A stretch of DNA of 42,551 bases from a virus (Duplodnaviria > Caudoviricetes): IMG/VR virus record IMGVR_UViG_3300029997_000111, positions 1 through 42,551 of that record, one strand, 5' to 3'. The first letter of the stretch is position 1. Every line of letters begins with the position of its first letter. The position numbers and the translations under genes are program-made. Positions 33,300-42,551 of the stretch are shown in pieces. Under the pieces are notes generated by a model, which worked only from the letters and a program-made list of their open reading frames with translations, searched no databases and was not told the origin of the DNA.

Positions 33300-35875
33300 T
33301 GGCAGCAGGCAATCCAACTCTTCCGATGAATCTCCCCCAGGGCGCTGCGCAACAGGTTGCCGCCGTCTCGACCGACAACCCCGCTGTAACGCCGCCTGAC
33401 GCACAGTGGATGCAGCTCGGCCTCTCCAAAGAAGACATCGACATGACGGTGAAGATTGTCACTATGTACCGCAACCAGTGGGGCACTGACCGGCTGATGA
33501 GGTCGAAGGACTGGATGCGCTCGGTGCTGTTCTACCGCGGAATCCAGATTATCGACTGGAACCAGGACTCAGGATCGTGGATCGACTCGCTCTCCTGGTA
33601 CGAGAATTCAGGGTCGAGCAAGGTAAGAGATGGTGAATCAACAGATTTGCGGCGATTCATCCACCCGCTGACTCTTCTGCTCGGCCAGACGTTTATCGGC
33701 AACATGAGCCGTGAAGTTCCCAAGACCATCGTCAAGCCTCAAGACGCTCGTATCCTTGCCGACATGACGACCGCCAGCGCTGCGCAGACAGCTATCGGCA
33801 TCATTGAGAGACGCAATGGAATCAGGCAGATGGTGCGTGGGGAGTTTGAATTCCTCTACCTCTATGGAACCTACTTCAAGTGGACCCGCGGCGCACTGGA
33901 TGGCAATGAGAACGGCTGGGATGAGCAACCCATCATTGGGCAGGTGCAGATAGGCCAGCCTGACCGGATGCGCTGCATGTCGTGTGGAACGGAAACGCCT
34001 GTCGACCAGGCGCAACCCAGCCAAGACGGCTCGAGCTTAGCCTGCCCCAGTTGCGATGCAAAGATGGGGCAGGACAGCTTCTATCCCTCGGAGCCCGGCG
34101 TTTCGCGCATGGTGGTGACGGGAACAAAGAAGATTCCGCGGGCGATGGTGAAGCAAACCATTCACTCCCCGCTTGAGATTGATGCTGACCCTCAGGCCAA
34201 GAACTTGTGCGGAACGCCTATCCTCGCCTTCGACTACGAGATTGACATAGGCGAAGCGCGCACCATGTTCCCAGACGCATGGGACAAGATCCATGATGGC
34301 GCAGAGTCCACGACCTCAGACAACGCCAGCTACGACAAGCTCCGCCGCAATGAGAGTTACGCCATGGGCACCGGGTACACGACCGACGTCTCCCAACAGC
34401 GGCCGACGTACTCACAGGTTTGGGTGCAACCTGTTGCGTACGCACGAACTGGCGATCCCGAGTACACCAAGCGCATGCAAGCGGCGGCTCCGGACGGCCT
34501 AAAGCTCACCATGATTGGCGGTGAAGTGGTTGGTGTGAAGAAAGCCATCCTCACCAAAGAGTGGACGCTTGGACGCCTGCATGAGAACTTCGGCCTTTAT
34601 TCTCAGTCGATTGCAGAGAACGTAACTAGCTTCAACGAGCGCTTCAACAACGCCATGTACCTCTATGACGACTGGATGATGCGCGCCGCATGCGGGCTGA
34701 ACCTTATCGACGCCAGCATGATCGACGAGGACAAGTGGAAGGGCAACACGCTCGCGCCGGCCACGGTGATTCCAGTCCCAACCAAGTTCGGCGGCGCCTC
34801 CAAGTCGCTCGCCAACGCGTTCCTGCACTATGACATCCCAGTAAACCCGGCGCTCGGGCTGTATCCCAGCATGCTGCTGAACTTTGCGCAGATGCTCAAC
34901 GGACTCCCTGCGCAGCTGATGGGCAACGGCACACAGCCAGGCGTCGAAACTCTGGGCGGCCAGCGGATCCAGCAGGACGCGGGCAACACGGGCATCGCAC
35001 CCTTCTGGGAGAACGTGAAGGACGAACACTCTGCGGCGGCACAGAATGCAATCGAGTGCCTGCAAGAGCTGTTGAAGTGTGGCGCCGCGCAGGAAATCTT
35101 TGAAGTCATCGAGGATCAGGGCTCTCAGTTCCGCAGCAACTACGTGAATTTGCAGAAGATGCAGGGGCGCGTAAAGGTCAACCCCGACCAGGATCAGGAC
35201 CTCCCGCAGACCCCGAGCGAGATACGCCAGAGCTACCAGTCGCTCATGGAAGAACTCGGCAAGGGCAATCCGGCTGCGCAAGCCATCTTCGACATGCCAG
35301 TGAATCAGGAAGTCATCGGGCAGGTTTTGTATGGCGATACCATCGTCACGCCGACCAGCGCACAGCGCGCCAAGACGTTGCAGGATATCGCAGTGCTGCT
35401 TGAGCAGACTGCGGAGCCGGTAATGAATCCAGACGGCAGCATAGGCTCGAAGCTCCCCGTAGAGCCTTCCATCATGGAGCAGTTCGAGTATGCCATCCCG
35501 ACGATTCAGGAGTGGTACATCGAGAACTCGGACCAGCGGATCAAGAATCCTCTTGGTTACGGACAGGTGGAAAAATACTGGTCAATGTGCAAAGACCTCG
35601 AAGCGCAAGTCCAATCCACCGATGCCGCAAATAAAGGCAAGGTGCAGCAGGCTGGGCAGGCGGCCGCACAGCCTCCGAAGCAGGGCCCAGACCCGCAGAC
35701 GCAGGCGACCCTTACCCAACTCCGCAGCGCCGCCGCCGAAATGGTCCTGCAGCTTGAAAAGCTATCGCAACTCGACCCCGCAACCACTGGAGGAACGATT
35801 CAGGGACAAGTAGCAGCAGCAGGAAAAGTCACTGATGTCGCTGGTAAAATTGAGACTGAAATGCTAAAGGCGTGA
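33299..35875 (+). CDS. Portal protein (P22-like, long C-terminal helical region) with a zinc-ribbon insertion
   Basis: 858 aa, first large gene of the head module. FY.G.Q and SPLEI..DP motifs, Gln/Ala-rich tail, CMSC...CPSC insert. Confidence 0.75.
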   Translation: MAAGNPTLPMNLPQGAAQQVAAVSTDNPAVTPPDAQWMQLGLSKEDIDMTVKIVTMYRNQWGTDRLMRSKDWMRSVLFYRGIQIIDWNQDSGSWIDSLSWYENSGSSKVRDGESTDLRRFIHPLTLLLGQTFIGNMSREVPKTIVKPQDARILADMTTASAAQTAIGIIERRNGIRQMVRGEFEFLYLYGTYFKWTRGALDGNENGWDEQPIIGQVQIGQPDRMRCMSCGTETPVDQAQPSQDGSSLACPSCDAKMGQDSFYPSEPGVSRMVVTGTKKIPRAMVKQTIHSPLEIDADPQAKNLCGTPILAFDYEIDIGEARTMFPDAWDKIHDGAESTTSDNASYDKLRRNESYAMGTGYTTDVSQQRPTYSQVWVQPVAYARTGDPEYTKRMQAAAPDGLKLTMIGGEVVGVKKAILTKEWTLGRLHENFGLYSQSIAENVTSFNERFNNAMYLYDDWMMRAACGLNLIDASMIDEDKWKGNTLAPATVIPVPTKFGGASKSLANAFLHYDIPVNPALGLYPSMLLNFAQMLNGLPAQLMGNGTQPGVETLGGQRIQQDAGNTGIAPFWENVKDEHSAAAQNAIECLQELLKCGAAQEIFEVIEDQGSQFRSNYVNLQKMQGRVKVNPDQDQDLPQTPSEIRQSYQSLMEELGKGNPAAQAIFDMPVNQEVIGQVLYGDTIVTPTSAQRAKTLQDIAVLLEQTAEPVMNPDGSIGSKLPVEPSIMEQFEYAIPTIQEWYIENSDQRIKNPLGYGQVEKYWSMCKDLEAQVQSTDAANKGKVQQAGQAAAQPPKQGPDPQTQATLTQLRSAAAEMVLQLEKLSQLDPATTGGTIQGQVAAAGKVTDVAGKIETEMLKA

Positions 35876-35885
35876 GGTTTCGACA

Positions 35886-36734
35886 ATGAAGACGGGCAAG
35901 ATTTACATCATCACCAATCTCCTGAATGGCAAGTATTATGTGGGGCAAACGACAGAATCTAAGCCACTCAGGCGTTGGCAACACCATAGGCGCGGATACA
36001 CAAAGTCCGTAATTTCGGAAGCCATAGTGGAGTACGGTGAGGAATCTTTTGTCTTTGAGATTGTTGCGGAAACACCAGATATTTCAACGCTAAACGACCT
36101 AGAGCGACTGTGGATATTGGTAACGCGCTCCACCGATGCGGAAAACGGGTACAACGTTACTCGGGGTGGGCAAAACTATACCCGCAAGGAGATATACAAC
36201 GCAGCGCATTCCCGAAGAATGAAAGGTAGGCCTGCTTGGAACAAAGGATTAAAAGGCGTGACAGTCGGATGGAATAAGGGTTTGAAAATGTCCGAAGAAT
36301 TCAGAAAACAACTATCTGAATCTCACAAAGGCAAGAAACAATCTCCGGAGTTGGTGCAGAAAAGAATGGAGTCTAAGCGGGGTTTCAAACACTCATTAGA
36401 ATCCCGTAGGAAGATGTCTGAAGTGTGCCAGGGCCGTAAGCCATGCGCAGAAGCTACCCGACGTTCAAGTGAGCTTAGAAAAGGAAAGCCAGCGTGGAAC
36501 AGCGGCAAAAAGGGGTATCAGGTTGCATGGAACAAGGGTCTTCCGGCTACCGAGGAGCAGCGCAAAAGGCTATCGGAAATGAGCAAAGGTAGAACGATGA
36601 GTTCCGAGGCAAAAGCTAAGATTTCGGCAGCGCTCAAGGGTCGTATGCCCAAAGTCAACACCATGGGACTTGTTCCATGGAACAAGGGCATGCGCAGAGG
36701 GACCACGAAGTTGTTGAACGAAGCATCACAATAG
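35886..36734 (+). CDS. GIY-YIG homing endonuclease with NUMOD3 repeats
   Basis: KIYIITN..NGKYYVGQT and GYN motifs, repeated PAWNKG and SEE.RK..SE..KG; lower GC. Confidence 0.9.
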   Translation: MKTGKIYIITNLLNGKYYVGQTTESKPLRRWQHHRRGYTKSVISEAIVEYGEESFVFEIVAETPDISTLNDLERLWILVTRSTDAENGYNVTRGGQNYTRKEIYNAAHSRRMKGRPAWNKGLKGVTVGWNKGLKMSEEFRKQLSESHKGKKQSPELVQKRMESKRGFKHSLESRRKMSEVCQGRKPCAEATRRSSELRKGKPAWNSGKKGYQVAWNKGLPATEEQRKRLSEMSKGRTMSSEAKAKISAALKGRMPKVNTMGLVPWNKGMRRGTTKLLNEASQ

Positions 36735-36755
36735 GCAGGACAAGGAGCCACACCC

Positions 36756-37454
36756 ATGACGACAGCAGAAGTAGTTGCAAGCGTAAAGCCCCAAACCCGC
36801 GTACTCTACGTGGATGTGACTGGCGAAACACACAACGCCATTGCCACCGACGTCCCACATTTGGGATACAACCAAGGATTGAAGCGCTTCTCTGCGTTTC
36901 TGAATCTCGTCTACCTGAACGATGCAGGGCAGGCAGTGAAGATTGCGGCCGCACCGATGATTGGCGAGGTCGACGACGCGTATCTTGCTGAGGCTGCGGT
37001 GTATACAGCGCGGCATGACGTTGCATGGCACAGCACCAGCAACAAAGAAGAATTGATCAACGATCACCTTGAGGTCATCAAGACGCACTTGCCGATCACG
37101 ATTGGCTGGCAGGTAGACCCGGCGGCGCTTGCACTGCTGAAGTCGAGCGGGATTGACGGCAATGCGGGTGCATGGACGGAGAGGGGAGACGGCACGACCT
37201 ATCCGGTCGATCCCACCAGTTATGCCGATGTGGTCGCAGCGCAGCAAGCCGCTGATGCTAAAGTGGAATCTGCCGCAACACCAAACCTCGCTCTAGAGCC
37301 CGCAGAACCAACCCAGCCCACTCTGCCGGTAGTGTCTGACGAAGAGACTGCCGGCACGACCATCGAAGATCAGGCCAATGCCGAGTCGATTGTGCGCGAG
37401 GATGTCGGCGAGCAAATCAATGCGGATCCAGACGGCGCTGTCGCTGAAGGCTGA
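36756..37454 (+). CDS. Acidic hypothetical protein in the head module
   Basis: AGGAG SD. Confidence 0.65.
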   Translation: MTTAEVVASVKPQTRVLYVDVTGETHNAIATDVPHLGYNQGLKRFSAFLNLVYLNDAGQAVKIAAAPMIGEVDDAYLAEAAVYTARHDVAWHSTSNKEELINDHLEVIKTHLPITIGWQVDPAALALLKSSGIDGNAGAWTERGDGTTYPVDPTSYADVVAAQQAADAKVESAATPNLALEPAEPTQPTLPVVSDEETAGTTIEDQANAESIVREDVGEQINADPDGAVAEG

Positions 37455-37475
37455 TACGCTACACTGAATCCACAA

Positions 37476-37507
37476 GGCCCGGTCCACTGCTTCGGCACGG
37501 CCGGGCC
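37476..37507 (+). other. GC-rich hairpin with a cUUCGg tetraloop
   Basis: GGCCCGG...TGC-TTCG-GCA...CCGGGCC in an intergenic gap. Confidence 0.55.
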
Positions 37508-37555
37508 ATCTTATTGGCGCACCATCAACCTACTTACTTACGCAGGAGACAATCT

Positions 37556-38020
37556 ATGGCACCCCTAACCTTCCGCAACTCGCGGATCATCTACTACGGC
37601 CCCCACGAATGTTCAAACTGTGGCGTCCTCATCGCAAAGATGGGCGACGAATGGGGCGGAACCGCCTTCACCTACCCAACTGGCCCCGTTTATCCGAATA
37701 CTGAGTGGCATCCGCATGTGTGTGATCCCTTTGAGGTTCGCAATAAACAGGGTAGAGACGCGCGCACAGACCAGCTCAACGCTTGGCCTTCGGCGCATGC
37801 TGTCAAGGTTCACGATGAGTGCGGCTGGGTGATTGCCAGCGGCAACACATCCCACCCAGACCTCAGCCACAGAAACTTGCACATCATTTCGCCGCACTGC
37901 AACTTCTTTGACACTGAGCTAGGCGCATGGGCTGGTGCCAAAGAGCGCCAAGACAAGAACTATCCCACATGGTGGATGGATGCTAAGACTGGAGCAAGCA
38001 AGTCCATCCTGCCGCTATAA
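37556..38020 (+). CDS. Hypothetical protein (C..C / H.C zinc site)
   Basis: AGGAG SD before ATG 37556. Confidence 0.6.
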   Translation: MAPLTFRNSRIIYYGPHECSNCGVLIAKMGDEWGGTAFTYPTGPVYPNTEWHPHVCDPFEVRNKQGRDARTDQLNAWPSAHAVKVHDECGWVIASGNTSHPDLSHRNLHIISPHCNFFDTELGAWAGAKERQDKNYPTWWMDAKTGASKSILPL

Positions 38021-38092
38021 GTCCAACCTCGCACCCCGCTAAGCCTGTCCGGTTGGCGGGGTGTATTACACTGAAACGCAAGAGGACTCACA

Positions 38093-38401
38093 ATGGCAAC
38101 GCAAAAGGAATTGCAGAACTGGTTCACGCATCATCCCCCGACTCCCCGCCAGTTGGACTACTATGAAACCATCCGCACCGTGGCTAAGGGTTTGGCCGAG
38201 CAGTTCAATGTCGCCATCCCAGACTGCGCCGATAAGACGGCTGCGATGCGCAAGTTGCGCGAGACCGTGATGGCGATGAATTTGGCGATTGCCTGCTACC
38301 GAAGCCCCACGGTCGAATCATTGCAAGCAGTTCTTGATGCCAACGAAGGTTTGCCCGTCACGGTGAACGCTGACGGCCCGATTTCTGTAGACGAGGCATA
38401 A
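38093..38401 (+). CDS. Acb2/Tad1-hairpin-like protein, candidate anti-defence sponge
   Basis: F.HHPPT..Q...YE.IR..AK.LA......PD..DK..A..KL.E.VM..N.AIA resembles the Acb2/Tad1 helical hairpin family. Confidence 0.6.
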   Translation: MATQKELQNWFTHHPPTPRQLDYYETIRTVAKGLAEQFNVAIPDCADKTAAMRKLRETVMAMNLAIACYRSPTVESLQAVLDANEGLPVTVNADGPISVDEA

Positions 38402-38405
38402 TTCC

Positions 38406-40118
38406 ATGGCAACTCCCGCAACGCCAGCAGCACCGTCCGCCCCGGCAGCACCCAGCGCCCCCTCTACCCCCAGCATACCCACGTCCTCGCCAGCCGCGCC
38501 GACGACCCCACCCTCGTCGCCGCCGAGCACGGGAACGACCCCAGAGTCGTCGCCAATCGCCCCCGCGACACCTTCTGAGCCGTCCGCGCCAGCCATTCCA
38601 GCGCCCTACGACCCGCTTACTGCGCCCAAAGCCCCTGCGAACACCGACTTCCCCAACACTCCAGACGGGCAAGTTGAGTTCCTGAAGCAGCACAAGGCAT
38701 GGGAAAAGGCTCATCCCGAGGGTGAGGCCAAGCCTGCTGAGGCTGCACCGCCGCAGACGCCCGAAGAGAAGGCACTCGCTGAGGCCGCGCCGCCGGCTGA
38801 GACACCGGCACCCACTCCAGATGCCGCAGCAGCAACCCCCCAGGCTCTTGCGGACCTGCTCAAAGACGACGCAGCGCTCAACGCCGCTCTCGAAGCAAAT
38901 CCCAAGGCCAAGGGCGCAGTGTTCAAGATGGCGCGCGAGTTGGCAGAAGTTGCACCGATCCGTGAAATCTTCCCCACAAAGGAAGACGCTCAGTTTGCGC
39001 AGGAATACTCCGCAAACATGGTTGGGCTAAAGACCGCAGCCCTGCGGATGGTAGACAACCCCGAGAACGCCCCAGCCTTCCTCGACCTCTACGACTCGCA
39101 ATTCATGCGCGTCAACGATAAGGGCGAGCCAATCCTCGGTGCAGATGGCAAGCCGACATACGATGCAGACCGCGAAACGACCATCGGCGCCATCTTCAAC
39201 CGCGAAGTCCAGCAGTACACGCAGAAGTTCACGTCTGAAATCAGCGACCTAAAGACGAAGCTTGCCGGAAACTACCCCAGTGACGCCGCACGCAATGCTG
39301 ACCAAAAGCGTCTAGACAACCTCGAATACGCCCAGGTATCGCTCAGCGTGCTCGACCAGATCCGCGATGGGTCATTCTTTGAGGATGGACCTCCCGAACT
39401 TCCAGCAGATGCGACACCAGAGCAGAAGGCGTGGTTTGAGGGCGAGCAGGCCAAGATTGCTGCACAAAAGAAAGAGCTTGACGACGCCAAGGCTGGAGGA
39501 CGCAAGGAAGAGCGCACCGCCGCGGCTGCGAAGTTCAACGCAAGCGTCCGCGAAGATATGGGCGGTACGGTTGCGACCAATATCAAGTCCGCCATCAAAG
39601 CCATCACGGATTCCGGCGTCTACATCCCCGAGTTCTATCTTCAGGAGATGCATACCGATACTGCCACCGGACAGGCTACCAACCTTCCTGCGATCGCAGT
39701 GCGACTATTCACAGCGTTCGAGAACGAGCTCATGCGGCCCGGTTCCAGGGCGCGGATGGACATTGCAAACCATGAGCTTTTGCCCCAAAACGAACAGACC
39801 AGAGAGATTCGCAAGACCTGGTATGCTCGCAAAGCCGCGGAGATGATCCCCGGATTGGTACAGAAAGAAGTAGACCGAATTCAGAGTTTGGTAAAGTTAG
39901 ATCAGGATAAGCAAGCCGAGCGCGAGAAGACCCGCAATCAAGTTGCCCAACCTGAACCGTCGACCGGAGGCAGCAGTCTTCCTCAAGGGGCGAGCAGAGA
40001 ACAAATCCTTCAGGCAGCAGAAGAAGCAGCCAAGAAGGATCCAGGGTTTGCAACCGCAAGCCCGAACGAGAAGCAGGCACGGATCTTGACCCAGGTTCAT
40101 CGCTTGGGCAAGAAGTAA
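38406..40118 (+). CDS. Capsid scaffolding protein
   Basis: Pro/Ala-rich disordered N-terminus, charged coiled coils, directly upstream of the major capsid gene. Confidence 0.65.
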   Translation: MATPATPAAPSAPAAPSAPSTPSIPTSSPAAPTTPPSSPPSTGTTPESSPIAPATPSEPSAPAIPAPYDPLTAPKAPANTDFPNTPDGQVEFLKQHKAWEKAHPEGEAKPAEAAPPQTPEEKALAEAAPPAETPAPTPDAAAATPQALADLLKDDAALNAALEANPKAKGAVFKMARELAEVAPIREIFPTKEDAQFAQEYSANMVGLKTAALRMVDNPENAPAFLDLYDSQFMRVNDKGEPILGADGKPTYDADRETTIGAIFNREVQQYTQKFTSEISDLKTKLAGNYPSDAARNADQKRLDNLEYAQVSLSVLDQIRDGSFFEDGPPELPADATPEQKAWFEGEQAKIAAQKKELDDAKAGGRKEERTAAAAKFNASVREDMGGTVATNIKSAIKAITDSGVYIPEFYLQEMHTDTATGQATNLPAIAVRLFTAFENELMRPGSRARMDIANHELLPQNEQTREIRKTWYARKAAEMIPGLVQKEVDRIQSLVKLDQDKQAEREKTRNQVAQPEPSTGGSSLPQGASREQILQAAEEAAKKDPGFATASPNEKQARILTQVHRLGKK

Positions 40119-40360
40119 GGAATCAACGTAGTCCGCGCAACTCCGTAGCAATTGCAGACCTGGCCGGGCAGGGCGCGACCTAACCTCAACCGTGTAGCGG
40201 CACGTCCTCCACGGTGGACATTGGGGAATTAGGGGATGAACGAGATTCTTGGCAGGGCAATGGGTAAGGCCATAGCCGTCAACGTCGTAACTGGCGCGGG
40301 CGTACTTGAAACCATCAGCCAAACCATAACCGCACAACGCGGTCGCCAAGGAGCATCTTC

Positions 40361-41665
40361 ATGGCTATTCAGGATTACGGCACCGCCGCTGCGCAGGTGC
40401 CTCTCGACTTACAGGTGGTTCAGCGTGACATTGAGCTGACCCAAAACATGGACTCCCTGCTTGAACAGCAGTTTGGAGTCGAAAAAGGCTCTGACGCCTC
40501 CCTTCAAGAATATCGCCACGGCATCCAGTTCTCCATCGGTGGACACACCGGCGGTTGGCAGCCTGATGGCGGTGCGCTGCCTCAGGGCATTGGCCCCGGC
40601 TATTCGCAGTTCATCATTGCGCCCGTACCTGTGATTTCTGCATGGAACGCGACGCAGTTGATGAAGTGGATCGCAGAGGGCGGCAAAGACATCTCCGCGG
40701 TGGATCCTGTCGCTCGCATGATTGCGGACGCCAAGACCAAGCACGCTCACTCCCGCGACACCTACCTGCAGGGTTACAACAACGGCATTGTGGGCACCGT
40801 AGACACCAGCTATACCGGTGGAAATATCGTCAACATGGCAAACGTGCCCTTCGGTGCGCGCTTGCTGGACGCAAATGAGAAGTATGCGGTAACCGATACC
40901 AACCTCAACGTCATTGATACCGTGTACGTTACGGACAAGTTCTCGACGTCGATTGGCGCTGGCGACACCGCAACCCTCGATCACACACCTGTTGGCATGG
41001 CTGCGGGATATAACTTCATCCCCACCGGCGTAACCTCAGGCACCCCGCTCTGGCTCCAGGGATTGACGTACATCGTCGATCCGTCGAACACGGGCGACTA
41101 TGACGGCGTGGACCGCTCCATCTCGTGGGTGCAGGCACCCGCACTGAACGCGACGGGCGGAACGTTGACCCTCGGCACCATCTCCATCTTCAAGGCACGG
41201 CAGCAGCAGGCACTCGGCACCTCCAGTTGGATGGATGGCGGAGATGATGCTTTCTGGTACACCCATCTCGCTCAGGCTACCTCCGCTGAGACCCTTGGGT
41301 TCGCCAAGAGCACGTACTTCCTGACCAACGGCAAGGTCCAGAACTACGACATCGGTCCTAAGGGCACCGACGAGTGGGTTATCTCTGGACGGAAGGTAAT
41401 CACCGAGTCGACGGCTGCGATCGACAAGCTTTACTCGCTCCGCAAGTCTGGGTTGCGCGCAGTGCGCTATCCGGGTTCGCAGAAGTTCCTGCCGTTTGGC
41501 GGTGGATCAACACTCTGGTGGCCGCGTATGGACCAGAACGGCCACTGGCTGTCTGAGTACGACATGTACTACCAGGACAGTTCGAACTACTACGGCAAGC
41601 TGCCGTGGTGGAACGGTGTGATCACCACGCTCGGCATCAACGCTGCATTCGCTGATGCGGTCTAG
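40361..41665 (+). CDS. Major capsid protein (HK97-fold presumed)
   Basis: 434 aa; follows the scaffold; AGGAG SD; GL..IVD....G.Y.GVDRS motif; followed by a terminator. Confidence 0.75.
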   Translation: MAIQDYGTAAAQVPLDLQVVQRDIELTQNMDSLLEQQFGVEKGSDASLQEYRHGIQFSIGGHTGGWQPDGGALPQGIGPGYSQFIIAPVPVISAWNATQLMKWIAEGGKDISAVDPVARMIADAKTKHAHSRDTYLQGYNNGIVGTVDTSYTGGNIVNMANVPFGARLLDANEKYAVTDTNLNVIDTVYVTDKFSTSIGAGDTATLDHTPVGMAAGYNFIPTGVTSGTPLWLQGLTYIVDPSNTGDYDGVDRSISWVQAPALNATGGTLTLGTISIFKARQQQALGTSSWMDGGDDAFWYTHLAQATSAETLGFAKSTYFLTNGKVQNYDIGPKGTDEWVISGRKVITESTAAIDKLYSLRKSGLRAVRYPGSQKFLPFGGGSTLWWPRMDQNGHWLSEYDMYYQDSSNYYGKLPWWNGVITTLGINAAFADAV

Positions 41666-41674
41666 TTTCCTCCG

Positions 41675-41710
41675 GGGTAGCGGTTTGAGAGAGCCGCTAC
41701 CCTTATTTTT
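41675..41710 (+). terminator. Rho-independent terminator after the capsid gene
   Basis: GGGTAGCGG...CCGCTACCC followed by TTATTTTT. Confidence 0.8.
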
Positions 41711-41727
41711 GTAGGGCAAAAGGACGT

Positions 41728-42405
41728 ATGGACCTCAAGAGCCTGCCAACCCGCGACACTCCCCGCCACATCATGGCGGAGATCACCCGCTACGGCGGGT
41801 TGAATCCGTTTGGGGAGCCGGCCTGGCGGGTTGTTCTTGCGCAGAACGTCAAAGAGCAAACCTTTGGCACGATGCGCCACATGCCGGTGATGAACGCGGA
41901 TATGTGCGACGATGTTCCCGAGGTTGAACCAGAAAGCTTCTCCAGCGGGGAGCTGTGGGTGCCGCGGTACAACGAAGTGGGCTGGATACTCGAACGGTGG
42001 TTCCCTGCGCACGCGTGGGGCACAAAGACGGAGTGGGAGAGCGAGACTGCCGCTGATGGGGTAACGCAGTTGAAGGGAGCGTTCCCTCGTCATGGAGATT
42101 ACTTCATGGTCAACGATGCGTTCTACCTTCAGCAGCAAGGTACAGATTTCTGGAAGTGTGAGATTCAGAAGTGCTTGCGAGATCAGGAAGCGATGCCTGG
42201 CGACCCTGCAACGGTGCTTGGCCGCAACCTGTACATGCATCGCGCCAAGCAAGAGCAGCGCGAAGAGGATTACCGGGAAGAGGTCAACCGTCTTCACCGC
42301 ACGGTCACAGACCCAATCCTGGCGACGATTGGCAGCACCGCACAGAAGTTACGGGACCAGATACGGGCCGAGCAAGGCTACGACTTTCATTTAGCAGCAG
42401 GTTAA
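41728..42405 (+). CDS. Hypothetical protein downstream of the capsid gene
   Basis: AAGGA SD; GG.NPFGEP.WR.V and WILERW motifs. Confidence 0.7.
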   Translation: MDLKSLPTRDTPRHIMAEITRYGGLNPFGEPAWRVVLAQNVKEQTFGTMRHMPVMNADMCDDVPEVEPESFSSGELWVPRYNEVGWILERWFPAHAWGTKTEWESETAADGVTQLKGAFPRHGDYFMVNDAFYLQQQGTDFWKCEIQKCLRDQEAMPGDPATVLGRNLYMHRAKQEQREEDYREEVNRLHRTVTDPILATIGSTAQKLRDQIRAEQGYDFHLAAG

Positions 42406-42429
42406 TTCAACAGCAAGAGGAGAAACAGC

Positions 42430-42551
42430 ATGGCAACCGCAGTGCAAATCGGAAACGCAGAAGTTGGTGAGGCGCAGCGCCTGTTCGCTCAGCAGGCGGA
42501 AACAGCTGCTATCGAGCTCAAAGAGTCTGGGCAGTGCCCCCCATACACCGT
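42430..42551 (+). CDS. Hypothetical protein (3'-truncated)
   Basis: GAGGAG SD; frame open to the end of the window. Confidence 0.55.
   Translation, partial: MATAVQIGNAEVGEAQRLFAQQAETAAIELKESGQCPPYT

Noticed and set aside
40236-40439. 67-aa ORF overlapping the capsid start
   Set aside because: Overlaps the capsid gene by 79 nt out of frame, the SD spacing is poor, and there is no recognisable motif.

Overview
This window is part of a tailed dsDNA bacteriophage or prophage genome. It is cut inside a fibre-like gene at the left end and just after the capsid gene at the right end. (1) 1-7989, + strand: large Ser/Thr/Gly- and Cys-rich fibre/spike-like proteins. All three complete ones start with Sec-type signal peptides. 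One holds a divergent DUF2961/GH172 glycosidase domain, one a beta-helix with a choice-of-anchor-Q-like end, and one an FN3 domain. Two hidden membrane micro-ORFs also lie here. (2) 8027-11201: lysis cassette with holin-like proteins, a lysozyme/SLT-like endolysin, a lipoprotein, a permuted NlpC/P60 protein and a papain C1 peptidase. (3) 11195-22392, - strand early arm: ERF, YqaJ exonuclease, HerA-like ATPase, Dam methylase, HNH and HNH-AP2 nucleases, DnaB and many small ORFs. (4) A divergent promoter region near 22.4-22.6 kb with no recognisable CI/Cro or integrase. (5) 22598-33299, + strand: initiator with an internal iteron origin, a C5-methyltransferase encoded in two overlapping frames (M.EcoHK31I type), LAGLIDADG endonuclease, glycosyltransferase, a Trp-rich 12-nt repeat gene, a short-D-arm tRNA-Trp(CCA) nested inside an ORF, and a KTSC protein. 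(6) 33299-42551, head module: portal, GIY-YIG/NUMOD3 endonuclease, Acb2/Tad1-like hairpin protein, scaffold and major capsid. No terminase is visible in the window. A diderm host such as Acidobacteriota is inferred from the style of the exported proteins and is not proven. All family calls come from motifs recognised by eye; no database searches were run.
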